A stretch of DNA of 55,439 nt from Nanobdellota archaeon (GCA_023140175.1 JAGLMD010000059.1:1-55439), one strand, 5' to 3'. Counted from the stretch's first letter, positions 46,583 through 55,050 are shown. Program-made: numbers and translations. Notes: generated by a model not told the origin, from the letters alone.

Positions 46583-47362
46583 ATGTTAATCAATAAAATG
46601 GAAGATGTAAAATCATACTTGGAATTTGGATATAAAAAAGGTGAAGAGAAAGTAATTTATGATAGCAAGGAAGAACAGGATGCATATGATTTTTTTATGG
46701 TGCCTAGGTATTTAAAAGACATAATATCTTATAGGACAGGTAAAATAGAAAATGTGCATCATAAAGATGACCTGACTGATAATAAAAAGAAGTATGCTGC
46801 CCTCACAACATGTAAAAGATTTAGTGAGAACTTGGTATTCTATGAGGTTGGCTCATCATTGATGGGCGTAATAGATTCATTGGAATATATAAATAGGCAA
46901 ACCGGAAAACTAGATATCAAAAAAATCCAATTTATCGGAGTAGATAACTCTAAGATGATGAACCATGTTGCCAAATATATCCACCATGGATATGATATTA
47001 AGCTATATGAGGGAAAAACAAAAATAGAATGTGATGTTTTTTTTGCCAAAGGGGTATCTATTTTGTATGCATTCGAAAATGAAGAAATCTTTTGCAGCAC
47101 ATTGCTTGATAGCAAAATAAGTATTTTTGATTACACTTTCTCCACAAAAGATAAGCTTAATGAGTTTGTAGGTACAGGGAAAAAAGTTACTTTTTTATCA
47201 CTGGACAAATGCAGAGAACTATTAGACAAAGAGGGCAAGATTTTAATTTTAGAACCATCACAAAGAATAAAAAATGATGATGAAAAAAAAGTTACTTATG
47301 AGTGTATATTTGGAGATAAAGAAATTGTTTCTTTGTATTTAGAAGAATTGAAGAAATCCTGA
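46583..47362 (+). CDS. Hypothetical protein, possibly a Rossmann/methyltransferase-like fold
   Basis: It has a weak motif-I-like segment, VFYEVGSSLMGVID. I do not recognise a family with any confidence. Confidence 0.35.
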   Translation: MLINKMEDVKSYLEFGYKKGEEKVIYDSKEEQDAYDFFMVPRYLKDIISYRTGKIENVHHKDDLTDNKKKYAALTTCKRFSENLVFYEVGSSLMGVIDSLEYINRQTGKLDIKKIQFIGVDNSKMMNHVAKYIHHGYDIKLYEGKTKIECDVFFAKGVSILYAFENEEIFCSTLLDSKISIFDYTFSTKDKLNEFVGTGKKVTFLSLDKCRELLDKEGKILILEPSQRIKNDDEKKVTYECIFGDKEIVSLYLEELKKS

Positions 47363-47407
47363 AACAAAAGTAAATATCTTGGCCGCCAATAATAAAAGAG
47401 GTATAGT

Positions 47408-47836
47408 ATGGTTCAAAAAAATACAATAGAATATGGATATGATGGAAAGAAACCATATAACTTTTCAAGATATAAAGGCAAAGAGTTTCTTTTAGAATAT
47501 GAAAAATCACGCAAAGAAGCTATTTCTAAACTGGGCAATCTGGAGATTATAGAGGAAAACTGGTTAAATGAAGTAATACTAAAATATTATGAAACAAAAA
47601 AAGAGATAGACAATCTTTCAGGAAACATTGTCCTATCATTGCAATTCATCCAGAACTATCTAAAAACAAAAGATATTAGGTATCTGAATGCCTGTCTCAA
47701 AGCCAATGACTTAATTTGCGGCAGCCTAGATAAAATAAATTCTAAAATGTCGAGGAAATGTGCATTTACTTCAATAAGCTTAGAACTGAAAGAAGTAAAA
47801 GAATTATACAAAAAAAGGGGGATTAAAATTGAATAA
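47408..47836 (+). CDS. Hypothetical protein (predicted helical)
   Basis: The ORF lies in an operon context, and its end overlaps the next gene. I do not recognise a family. Confidence 0.35.
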   Translation: MVQKNTIEYGYDGKKPYNFSRYKGKEFLLEYEKSRKEAISKLGNLEIIEENWLNEVILKYYETKKEIDNLSGNIVLSLQFIQNYLKTKDIRYLNACLKANDLICGSLDKINSKMSRKCAFTSISLELKEVKELYKKRGIKIE

Positions 47837-48464
47837 TATTGGAATACTCCTATATCCCGGAACAAGAGCAATGTTTTATATGCAAGAACTAGTTAACAAT
47901 AAATTGAATCCTTCTTATGCATTAATATTAGATAATAAAAATAATCACTTTAAAGACCTCATTAAAATATGCAAGAACAATGAAATTGAGTATGAAACAT
48001 TAAAAACAAGCAACATAAATGATATTGAAGTAGTTGAGAAGATAAGAAAGAGAGAAGAAAATTACTTTATTTTTTCGGGTGGTGGTATATTAAGTAAAGA
48101 AATTGTGAATATAAAAAAATTCATCCACATTCATCCGGGTATCCTGCCCGAATACAAAGGAAGCACATGTTTTTACTATAGCCTTCTAAATGATAAAAAT
48201 ATAGGAGCGTCGGCATTTATCATGAAACCGGAAATCGATTCAGGTGAAATCATTGCAAAAAAAGTATTTCCCTTACCAAAGACAATGGATTTAGATAACT
48301 ATTATGATCCATTCATAAGATCAAGATTATTATTAGAAATCATTAAAAACAGGTCTTATGTAAAAACAAGATTACAGACAAAAAAAGGAAAAGACTACTA
48401 TATAATTCACCCTGTTTTGAAGCATATTGCTTTGTTAGATTTAGAAAAAGAGATAAAAAATTAA
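47829..48464 (+). CDS. Formyltransferase N-terminal-domain-like protein with an atypical active-site Asn position
   Basis: FIHIHPGILPEYKGS...IMKPEIDSGEII resembles the iNlHpSLLPryRG...D.G.ii core. The catalytic Asn position is His. The start is a TTG preceded by GGGGG. Confidence 0.55.
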   Translation: MNNIGILLYPGTRAMFYMQELVNNKLNPSYALILDNKNNHFKDLIKICKNNEIEYETLKTSNINDIEVVEKIRKREENYFIFSGGGILSKEIVNIKKFIHIHPGILPEYKGSTCFYYSLLNDKNIGASAFIMKPEIDSGEIIAKKVFPLPKTMDLDNYYDPFIRSRLLLEIIKNRSYVKTRLQTKKGKDYYIIHPVLKHIALLDLEKEIKN

Positions 48465-48465
48465 A

Positions 48466-49221
48466 ATGATATCAATTAAAGAACTATACTTAAAATACAA
48501 AAAACCACAAGTAGATAAGGTCAAATTAGATCCGTGGGGCAGGTTCATTAATATTATCTCAATCCCCATCACAAGGTTTTTGCTGGGCACAAGAATAACA
48601 CCAAACCAAGTAACATATTTCTGGACAGTTCTTGGGATTATTGGTGGTCTTTTCTTTATACCTGGAACTGTGAAATATAATATCATCGGTGCAGTGATTC
48701 TAAATATATCCTGGGTTTTTGACGCAGTAGATGGAACAATGGCAAGAGTAAGGAAGATATGTTCCCCCATGGGGTTCTACTTAGAATCACTTGGGCACTG
48801 GCTTAGCACAGTATTTATGGGTATGGGTATAGCGATTGGTGCATACAACAAAACAAAAGAGATTAACATATTGATATTAGGATTCTTATTCTGTATTTCG
48901 ATACTATTATTTCATTTGCTTACAAGAGAAAAAATACACATATATCTAAAAGAAGGGATGTATAAGAAAAAGGCTAAGGAAAGCAATCCTATAAAAATAA
49001 GTAAACAGGAAAATAAAAGTCTAGTACAAAGAATCTATGATATTGCCCTCCATTTTTATCAAGGAGATTTTTTCTTTTTGATTATAATACCTTTATCGCT
49101 ATTAAATATGGTAGAATATATGGTTATCTTCTATGGGATTACTTTTCCAATCTTAATACTCCTGCTATATATTTATGAGGTAAAAAGAGGATTTGAATGG
49201 GTAGATGGGCTACATAAATAA
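48466..49221 (+). CDS. CDP-alcohol phosphatidyltransferase family membrane protein with a variant motif (D3 to E, D4 to H)
   Basis: DAVDGTMARVRKICSPMGFYLESLGH aligns exactly with D-x2-DG-x2-AR-x8-G-x3-D-x3-D, but E and H replace the last two Asp. The protein has multiple TM segments. Confidence 0.7.
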   Translation: MISIKELYLKYKKPQVDKVKLDPWGRFINIISIPITRFLLGTRITPNQVTYFWTVLGIIGGLFFIPGTVKYNIIGAVILNISWVFDAVDGTMARVRKICSPMGFYLESLGHWLSTVFMGMGIAIGAYNKTKEINILILGFLFCISILLFHLLTREKIHIYLKEGMYKKKAKESNPIKISKQENKSLVQRIYDIALHFYQGDFFFLIIIPLSLLNMVEYMVIFYGITFPILILLLYIYEVKRGFEWVDGLHK

Positions 49222-49229
49222 AGAAACTG

Positions 49230-50024
49230 TTAATCTGATTGAAAATTAAAGAATTTTTCAAGACAGCATTTATCCAACCACCCATTATATCTTTCATAAT
49301 CATCCACAGTATCAAACTCTAACCATCCATGTTTGATAGTTATTGGTTCAACCTTATATCCTGCATCTATCAATGCCTGTAACATACATGTCATATATGC
49401 TTTCTTAAATGATTTGGACCTAAACCACTTTTTATCCTTATTAAAATATTTATTCTTGTTCTCATGATAGACTTTTTTCAATGCCTTAACTCCTTCCCTG
49501 GAGAACTTGATCAATCCGACATATCTTAATTTAGCTTCATCATGATTGCAGTCTGGATTTCCCAAATCAACTATTTCCCCTTTTTCATCAAGGACTAAAC
49601 TCTCAGTATCCTCTTTTGGATTATCCAATCTAGCTTTCCAATAATCCCAGTAATCCTCATCAACCGTAACACCAATATTCACATCACTATTCAAAATTTT
49701 CTCAACAATTCTCTTCTCATATAGAATATCTGCATAACAAACTAAGACTTCACTATCCAGCTCTTCCTCAGCACAGAACAGGGTCTCTATCATGTTGGTA
49801 TTTGCATAATCTTCATTAACATAATATTTGACACCCCTAATCTGAATCTTGTCAGGCTCAAATCCCTTGACAATTATGATATCATTAATGCCGCATTTTC
49901 TTAATGTCTCTACCTGCCATTCTATTAAAGCCTTACCGTTGAAATTGAGCATACACTTAGGCAGGTTCTCGGTATATCTGCCTAATCTTGTTCCCATTCC
50001 TGCTGCTAAAATTATTGCTTTCAT
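49230..50024 (-). CDS. LicC-like nucleotidyltransferase, probably a cytidylyltransferase for a phosphorylated small molecule
   Basis: It contains ILAAGMGTRLGRYTENLPKCML and NMIETL...VCYADILY. It is a paralogue of 27125..27847. Confidence 0.75.
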   Translation of the reverse strand: MKAIILAAGMGTRLGRYTENLPKCMLNFNGKALIEWQVETLRKCGINDIIIVKGFEPDKIQIRGVKYYVNEDYANTNMIETLFCAEEELDSEVLVCYADILYEKRIVEKILNSDVNIGVTVDEDYWDYWKARLDNPKEDTESLVLDEKGEIVDLGNPDCNHDEAKLRYVGLIKFSREGVKALKKVYHENKNKYFNKDKKWFRSKSFKKAYMTCMLQALIDAGYKVEPITIKHGWLEFDTVDDYERYNGWLDKCCLEKFFNFQSD

Positions 50025-50140
50025 TATACCCCCTTAAATACTAAAACTGCAGTTATATTTAAATAATATGTAATATTTTAATCATTCTACAGTGACAAAA
50101 ATAGAAAGGTTTTTAAATAAGAGATTACCTTGAATGCATA

Positions 50141-51025
50141 ATGTCTACAAAGGAAAAGTTAAACTGGATTTTACTACCTTATAAAGGAAAGGGGGTCTTA
50201 GAAGTAGAAGAAAGAGTGCAACAATTTACAGAAAGAGACCTCAGTAACTTAGTTGAAGAGCATGCAAGAAAGATTGCTAGGCACCTAGGTAAAGATGAAA
50301 ATAAACTTGTTCAGGCCATAGTAGAAGAAAATAAAAAAACAATCAATGATTATATTCCTGGTCTTTCACCACAATTTGCACAAGAAGAGATTTACAATCT
50401 TGAGGGATTTGATCCTACTACCGAAAGACTCACTTTGGGTATTACAACAGGTCTTATGGCAAAAGCACTTCAGAATGTCTATAAAGATCAAGATCCGACA
50501 CAGAATCCGATCGTTCTTCAAGGAATATTAATCACAAAAGATGAAAAAATAGTATTAGGAATAAGATCTAAACCTAATTTCAGAGCCAATCAACCTGATG
50601 AACCTTTCGATTATAAAATTATGCCTATTCCTGCGGGTTATGCTCTTCTTCATGAAGAAAAAAATCTAACACAGCTATTTTATCTTGAACTAAATGAAGA
50701 AAGTGGATTACATGAAGAAAACATAGCATCACTATCTATAATCTATAATCATGATGATATAGGATTTACAGGAGGAAAAAGGATAACTCTACTGGCTTAT
50801 ACCAACAATTCATTTAGAGAAGTTGAAGAAAGTTGGAGAAATGCACCACATAGTTGGGAATACGAAGGATTGCTTGAAATTGAATGTAGCTCCAAAGCAA
50901 TGAGGGAGTTATTAACAACAAGAAATTTCTCAAAATATCATGAAAAAGCAAAAGGATTATTAGAACCTACAATAGTACCTGTATTCGAATATATAGCAAG
51001 CAACCCAACCATTATTAGAAGATAA
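50141..51025 (+). CDS. Hypothetical protein with a divergent Nudix-like box
   Basis: AGYALLHEEKNLTQLFYLELNEESGL resembles GX5EX7REUXEEXGU, but the spacing is irregular and the R position is L. A TATA-like TTTTTAAATAAG lies about 27 nt upstream. Confidence 0.4.
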   Translation: MSTKEKLNWILLPYKGKGVLEVEERVQQFTERDLSNLVEEHARKIARHLGKDENKLVQAIVEENKKTINDYIPGLSPQFAQEEIYNLEGFDPTTERLTLGITTGLMAKALQNVYKDQDPTQNPIVLQGILITKDEKIVLGIRSKPNFRANQPDEPFDYKIMPIPAGYALLHEEKNLTQLFYLELNEESGLHEENIASLSIIYNHDDIGFTGGKRITLLAYTNNSFREVEESWRNAPHSWEYEGLLEIECSSKAMRELLTTRNFSKYHEKAKGLLEPTIVPVFEYIASNPTIIRR

Positions 51026-51029
51026 AATC

Positions 51030-51250
51030 CTTCAAACTGAGACTACCTTCCCCTCACCAATTTCTCAACCGTTTTTTTAGAAATCCTTTCAGGAGTATCT
51101 GGAAACGATTCATAAGGTGGCGGTTCCGAGGGAATATACTCTAATTCTACTGCCCTTATCTGAAAGATATTTCCGCAGATATATTCCTAGTATCTGGCTT
51201 CGGGCTATATTCCCAAAACACACTACACCTATTTGCTTAATATTTCTCAT
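51030..51250 (-). pseudogene. Remnant of a low-molecular-weight protein tyrosine phosphatase (or arsenate reductase-like) gene
   Basis: My own translation of 51110..51250 gives MRNIKQIGVVCFGNIARSQILGIYLRKYLSDKGSRIRVYSLGTATL*. It carries the CX5RS P-loop (CFGNIARS) and a SAGT-like SLGT. It stops after 46 aa, and only a short continuation appears in another frame. The ATG overlaps the upstream TGA. Confidence 0.45.
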
Positions 51251-51942
51251 CATTCTACACTTTTCCAAAACATATCCTTATTAATAAATGCTCTAACTAT
51301 TTTCTCATTCACTCCTTCATCCGGGCTTCTCCGTTCAGGATGCCATTCTATCCCTACAATAGGCAAAGATTGATGATATATTCCCTCAACTACACTATCT
51401 GAAGTCTTTGCAAATACAACCATATTTTCACCTATACCCCCTTCAATAAATCCATAATTATGATAAGAATTAGTTTCAAAACTCTTGCCTAAAAAATTAG
51501 CTTTATCACCCATAACATTAACATTATGTGTAACCGCAACATGCCCAATAAAATCTTTAACCTCATCTTTAATACTAACTAATTTCCCACCAAAAAAAAC
51601 ATTTATGAATTGCATCCCTCGACAAATCCCCAAAACAGGCAATTTCTTTTCAATGGCAATCTCAATCATCTTCTTCTCTGTTGAATCCCTTATCTCAGAA
51701 AAGTCGGAATTTGAAGGCACTTTACCCTCATATAGTGCAGGATTGACCATATTCCCCCCAGTCAGTATTAGGCCTTCTATAGGCAATTCATCAAAATAAA
51801 GACCAAGATCCTTTACGCAATTAGGGATAACAATCAATTTTATACCACACTTCTCAAGATAGTTTACATAATTATTTTCAAGATTATCTACATAATCTCC
51901 GTGTTTATTCTTGTCATTCCGTTGTGATATTGCTACCAGCAT
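51250..51942 (-). CDS. Class I glutamine amidotransferase-like / peptidase C26 gamma-glutamyl hydrolase family protein
   Basis: It has the nucleophile elbow PVLGICRGMQFINVFFGG and the His-Glu motif GIEWHPER. Its start overlaps the upstream gene by 10 nt. Confidence 0.8.
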   Translation of the reverse strand: MLVAISQRNDKNKHGDYVDNLENNYVNYLEKCGIKLIVIPNCVKDLGLYFDELPIEGLILTGGNMVNPALYEGKVPSNSDFSEIRDSTEKKMIEIAIEKKLPVLGICRGMQFINVFFGGKLVSIKDEVKDFIGHVAVTHNVNVMGDKANFLGKSFETNSYHNYGFIEGGIGENMVVFAKTSDSVVEGIYHQSLPIVGIEWHPERRSPDEGVNEKIVRAFINKDMFWKSVE

Positions 51943-54900
51943 GTTAAACCACCCCCCATAGGAGTTATTTTCTTAAACTTACAATCAAGAATAATTCCTT
52001 TAGCCTTTCTTAAGCTATCAAAAATCACCCCACATCCTATTGCTGCAGGAATTCCAAATTCCGCACACCTTATCGACATATGAGATGCCACCCCCCCATA
52101 TTTAGTTATCAGTCCAGAAATATCTCGGGTAAATATCCAATCATAACCCGGATCTCCATTCTCTATTAAGACAACTTTGCCTTTAACATCCTGAAAATTT
52201 CCATCACCATCTTTAACAAGTTCCACTATCTCCGACTTTACTGTCTTTTGAGTTATATAATTTGGCCTAGGCTTATAATACTCTATGATATCAAAATCAT
52301 CTTCCGAAAAAATCAAAGGAGGCAGAACCAACCCTCCATTAAGTTCTCTTTCTTTCATTCTCAATTTTATTAATTCTTTCCACCCCCGGGTTAGCTTATT
52401 TCGCCCCCCTAGAAAATCTGATAAAATATCATTTATATCTAACATGGAGAGTTCAAGTCTAGTAAAGCCCATTTCATACCCTGCTTTAGAAATAAGCTCA
52501 ATACTATCACTAAGATTTTTAGTGAATTCAAATTTCGAGAATTCTCTTGCAGTGATAGCATCTCTGCAAAAATCGAAAAGATATTTTGCAGAAAAATTCA
52601 TGCCCTTTTTTTTAAGAAAGCCCGTGATAATATTTTCAATATCAGGAGTAAGCTCAAAATTGGAAGATTTAATTTCGCTACCAACATCAGGAATCGCACC
52701 TAAAAGAGAAGGATTTGATTCATATCTCAAGCTACATATATCATATGACCCCGGCCTTAAATGATAGTATTTCTTAATAAACTCTTCCTTACTGATATTT
52801 CCAGAATGCATCATTTTGAAATCTTCATCTATCTCAGTTGCAACAGTACGTATAGACCTCATAAAATTATCAAATAGGGTCTCATCAATTATTCCTTTTT
52901 TTACCATGCTCTTTAATATAATTTTACCTATAAAAGCAAGCCTAGCTAATCTAGAAAACTCCACAGTTCCTTTTTCTTTGCATTTATCAAGCAAAGATTT
53001 TGCATTTTTTATTGTTTCACCAACAGAAACATTTTTTATTTCACCTAATCGGATCTCCCCCCTTTCCACCCCCATATCAGTTATGGACTTTAAATCATCT
53101 TTGATTGACTCTTTCGAATTCTTAATCAGGTTATTTGTCAATTTAATTAAAGATTTTTTAAGCTGAATTACTTCTGCAGAACTAAATCCATTCTGAATTA
53201 GCTCAGTAGACCGATCATCAAAACAGAAATCAAAACAACTATAGACTATATCAAATTCAACTTTGTCTTGTAATTCAGGATTTTTTTCAAGTTTATTTAG
53301 ATAGAAATCTACTAGTTTCCCCCTCAGCTCCTGAGAAAGTGCGGCCGGAACAAAAGAGTTAAAACTATGCCTCACATCAATATAAGGTTTATTTCCAAAT
53401 AAAACAACAAGTTTGCCTGGGTCTACATTATAATAACCTTGCGAAGTTCTTGCTTGATGCCATGAACTAGCAGTTATTATATAATCATACAAAGAGTAAT
53501 CTAGATGATGGGGATTGTCCCCTATTATCTCAGCAGGATTCCAATCAGGCATATCGGCAAAAATAGTTCTATTGCCTGTAAGATGTTCCTTTTTCTTACA
53601 AAAATCAGTAAATTTCTTTTTTAGGATAGATATCTTCTCCTTCAAGTCATCATCCAGATCATAGTTCTTCAGGCTAGTAGTTAGTGGCCTCACCTGAAAT
53701 ATTATAATTTCACCGTTAGTATCAATAGCAAATTCTATATCTAGCCCAATACCTTGAACTTTTTCCTCGATTTCTTTAACAGAACCCAGAAGTCGCTTAA
53801 ATTTAATAGGTATTTTTGAAGCATCGACAAATCTTGAAATCTTTAGGAGATTACCCTCAACACCCTTAGTGACTGTATCGCTTTTCCCGGTCGAATTATC
53901 ATAATTAATCACATAATAAGGTGCATTATTCTCAAGTGTTCTCGTAAAGATAACCCCACTCATGATAATGTTCTGAGTGTGTGTCTGGATAAGAACTTGA
54001 TTAAAAGAGCTTTCAGAATTTTTAGATTTATATGATTTAATTACCCTTTTTATGGCCTCTTCAACTTGTTCTTTAGATGATGAATCTACATCTAGTTCGC
54101 TTTCATAGCAGCCAGCCATGGAGTTTTCTAAAGTATCTTCATTAACAGCAGAACTTCTAACAACAATCATGCTTGGAGAATACTTATTTGATATCTCCTT
54201 AATTAATGACTCCTTCCTGTTTTTCCAATCAGAAACAGTGAACACAAATATATCTTCAATCTTAGATAATTTCAAAAGTGGTTTTAATGCTTCAAGGGTT
54301 TTTGCTTTTGTAGAGATAATCACTTTATTGATATCTTGAGAATCTGATCCTAAGCTAGCTTCACCACTCACTAAAGAAGCAAAGTCGATAACATCCTTTA
54401 ATTTATCTTTGTAGTCAATTACCTTACTCATTATCTTATAATTAGATAACCTTGAATAATATGGATGCTGAATTACATCCCCGCCTATACTTTTGACATA
54501 ATCTGAACCTGGAACAAACTTCCAATCAGACCCATGTACAATCATAATCTTTGCTTCAGGAAATTCTTCATGCAGTTTCCTTAAATTATCAGTTGGATCT
54601 ACATCTGACTGAGTCATTACTCTGTCTACACATTTTAGTGCAGTTATGATGGCCTTTCTTTCTTTAAAATTCGCGATTGGTTTTGCCCTGTTTTTCTCAA
54701 CAGCCTTATCAGTTAATACACCACAGACACTATAATCAGATATTGATTTAGCAAATTGTATAGAACGGAGATGACCATAATGAAAAAGATCTGCAACTGT
54801 GCCACTATAAGCTATTTTTTTGATACTTGCCTTGTTTATCTCAACTATATCTCCATCCCTAATATCAGAATCATTAGGTATAGTGACACAAAGCTGGCCA

Positions 54901-54953
54901 TTAGACTTATTCTTCCAAACCCTTTTTTTCATGAAATCACCCACTAGTAACAC
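51933..54953 (-). CDS. Multidomain fusion: HxGH cytidylyltransferase, PPDK_N-type ATP-grasp, a long middle domain and a C-terminal swivelling phosphohistidine domain (Cj1418 / rifampicin-phosphotransferase-type small-molecule kinase)
   Basis: The cytidylyltransferase part has GTVADLFHYGHLRSIQFAK...SRLSNYKI. The ATP-grasp part has VVRSSAVNEDTLENSMAGCYESELDV, SGVIFT and IEFAIDTNGEIIIFQVRPLT. The C-terminus has KYGGVASHMSIRCAEFGIPAAIGCG. No PEP/pyruvate TIM-barrel domain is present. The start may be the ATG at 54932 (MKKRVW). Confidence 0.8.
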   Translation of the reverse strand: MLLVGDFMKKRVWKNKSNGQLCVTIPNDSDIRDGDIVEINKASIKKIAYSGTVADLFHYGHLRSIQFAKSISDYSVCGVLTDKAVEKNRAKPIANFKERKAIITALKCVDRVMTQSDVDPTDNLRKLHEEFPEAKIMIVHGSDWKFVPGSDYVKSIGGDVIQHPYYSRLSNYKIMSKVIDYKDKLKDVIDFASLVSGEASLGSDSQDINKVIISTKAKTLEALKPLLKLSKIEDIFVFTVSDWKNRKESLIKEISNKYSPSMIVVRSSAVNEDTLENSMAGCYESELDVDSSSKEQVEEAIKRVIKSYKSKNSESSFNQVLIQTHTQNIIMSGVIFTRTLENNAPYYVINYDNSTGKSDTVTKGVEGNLLKISRFVDASKIPIKFKRLLGSVKEIEEKVQGIGLDIEFAIDTNGEIIIFQVRPLTTSLKNYDLDDDLKEKISILKKKFTDFCKKKEHLTGNRTIFADMPDWNPAEIIGDNPHHLDYSLYDYIITASSWHQARTSQGYYNVDPGKLVVLFGNKPYIDVRHSFNSFVPAALSQELRGKLVDFYLNKLEKNPELQDKVEFDIVYSCFDFCFDDRSTELIQNGFSSAEVIQLKKSLIKLTNNLIKNSKESIKDDLKSITDMGVERGEIRLGEIKNVSVGETIKNAKSLLDKCKEKGTVEFSRLARLAFIGKIILKSMVKKGIIDETLFDNFMRSIRTVATEIDEDFKMMHSGNISKEEFIKKYYHLRPGSYDICSLRYESNPSLLGAIPDVGSEIKSSNFELTPDIENIITGFLKKKGMNFSAKYLFDFCRDAITAREFSKFEFTKNLSDSIELISKAGYEMGFTRLELSMLDINDILSDFLGGRNKLTRGWKELIKLRMKERELNGGLVLPPLIFSEDDFDIIEYYKPRPNYITQKTVKSEIVELVKDGDGNFQDVKGKVVLIENGDPGYDWIFTRDISGLITKYGGVASHMSIRCAEFGIPAAIGCGVIFDSLRKAKGIILDCKFKKITPMGGGLTCW

Positions 54954-55050
54954 TAGTAAAAAAATTATAGATAATAGACTTATTTATAAAACTTTTTGTT
55001 TTTCGTATGTATTCCCCACATTGAACAGTTCACGACCAAAAGTTGTAATT

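Noticed and set aside
51933-54953. I considered annotating the 1006-aa protein as phosphoenolpyruvate synthase or pyruvate phosphate dikinase.
   Set aside because: The PEP/pyruvate-binding TIM-barrel domain is absent, and the phosphohistidine domain is C-terminal. That fits small-molecule kinases (rifampicin phosphotransferase, Cj1418) rather than PpsA or PPDK.
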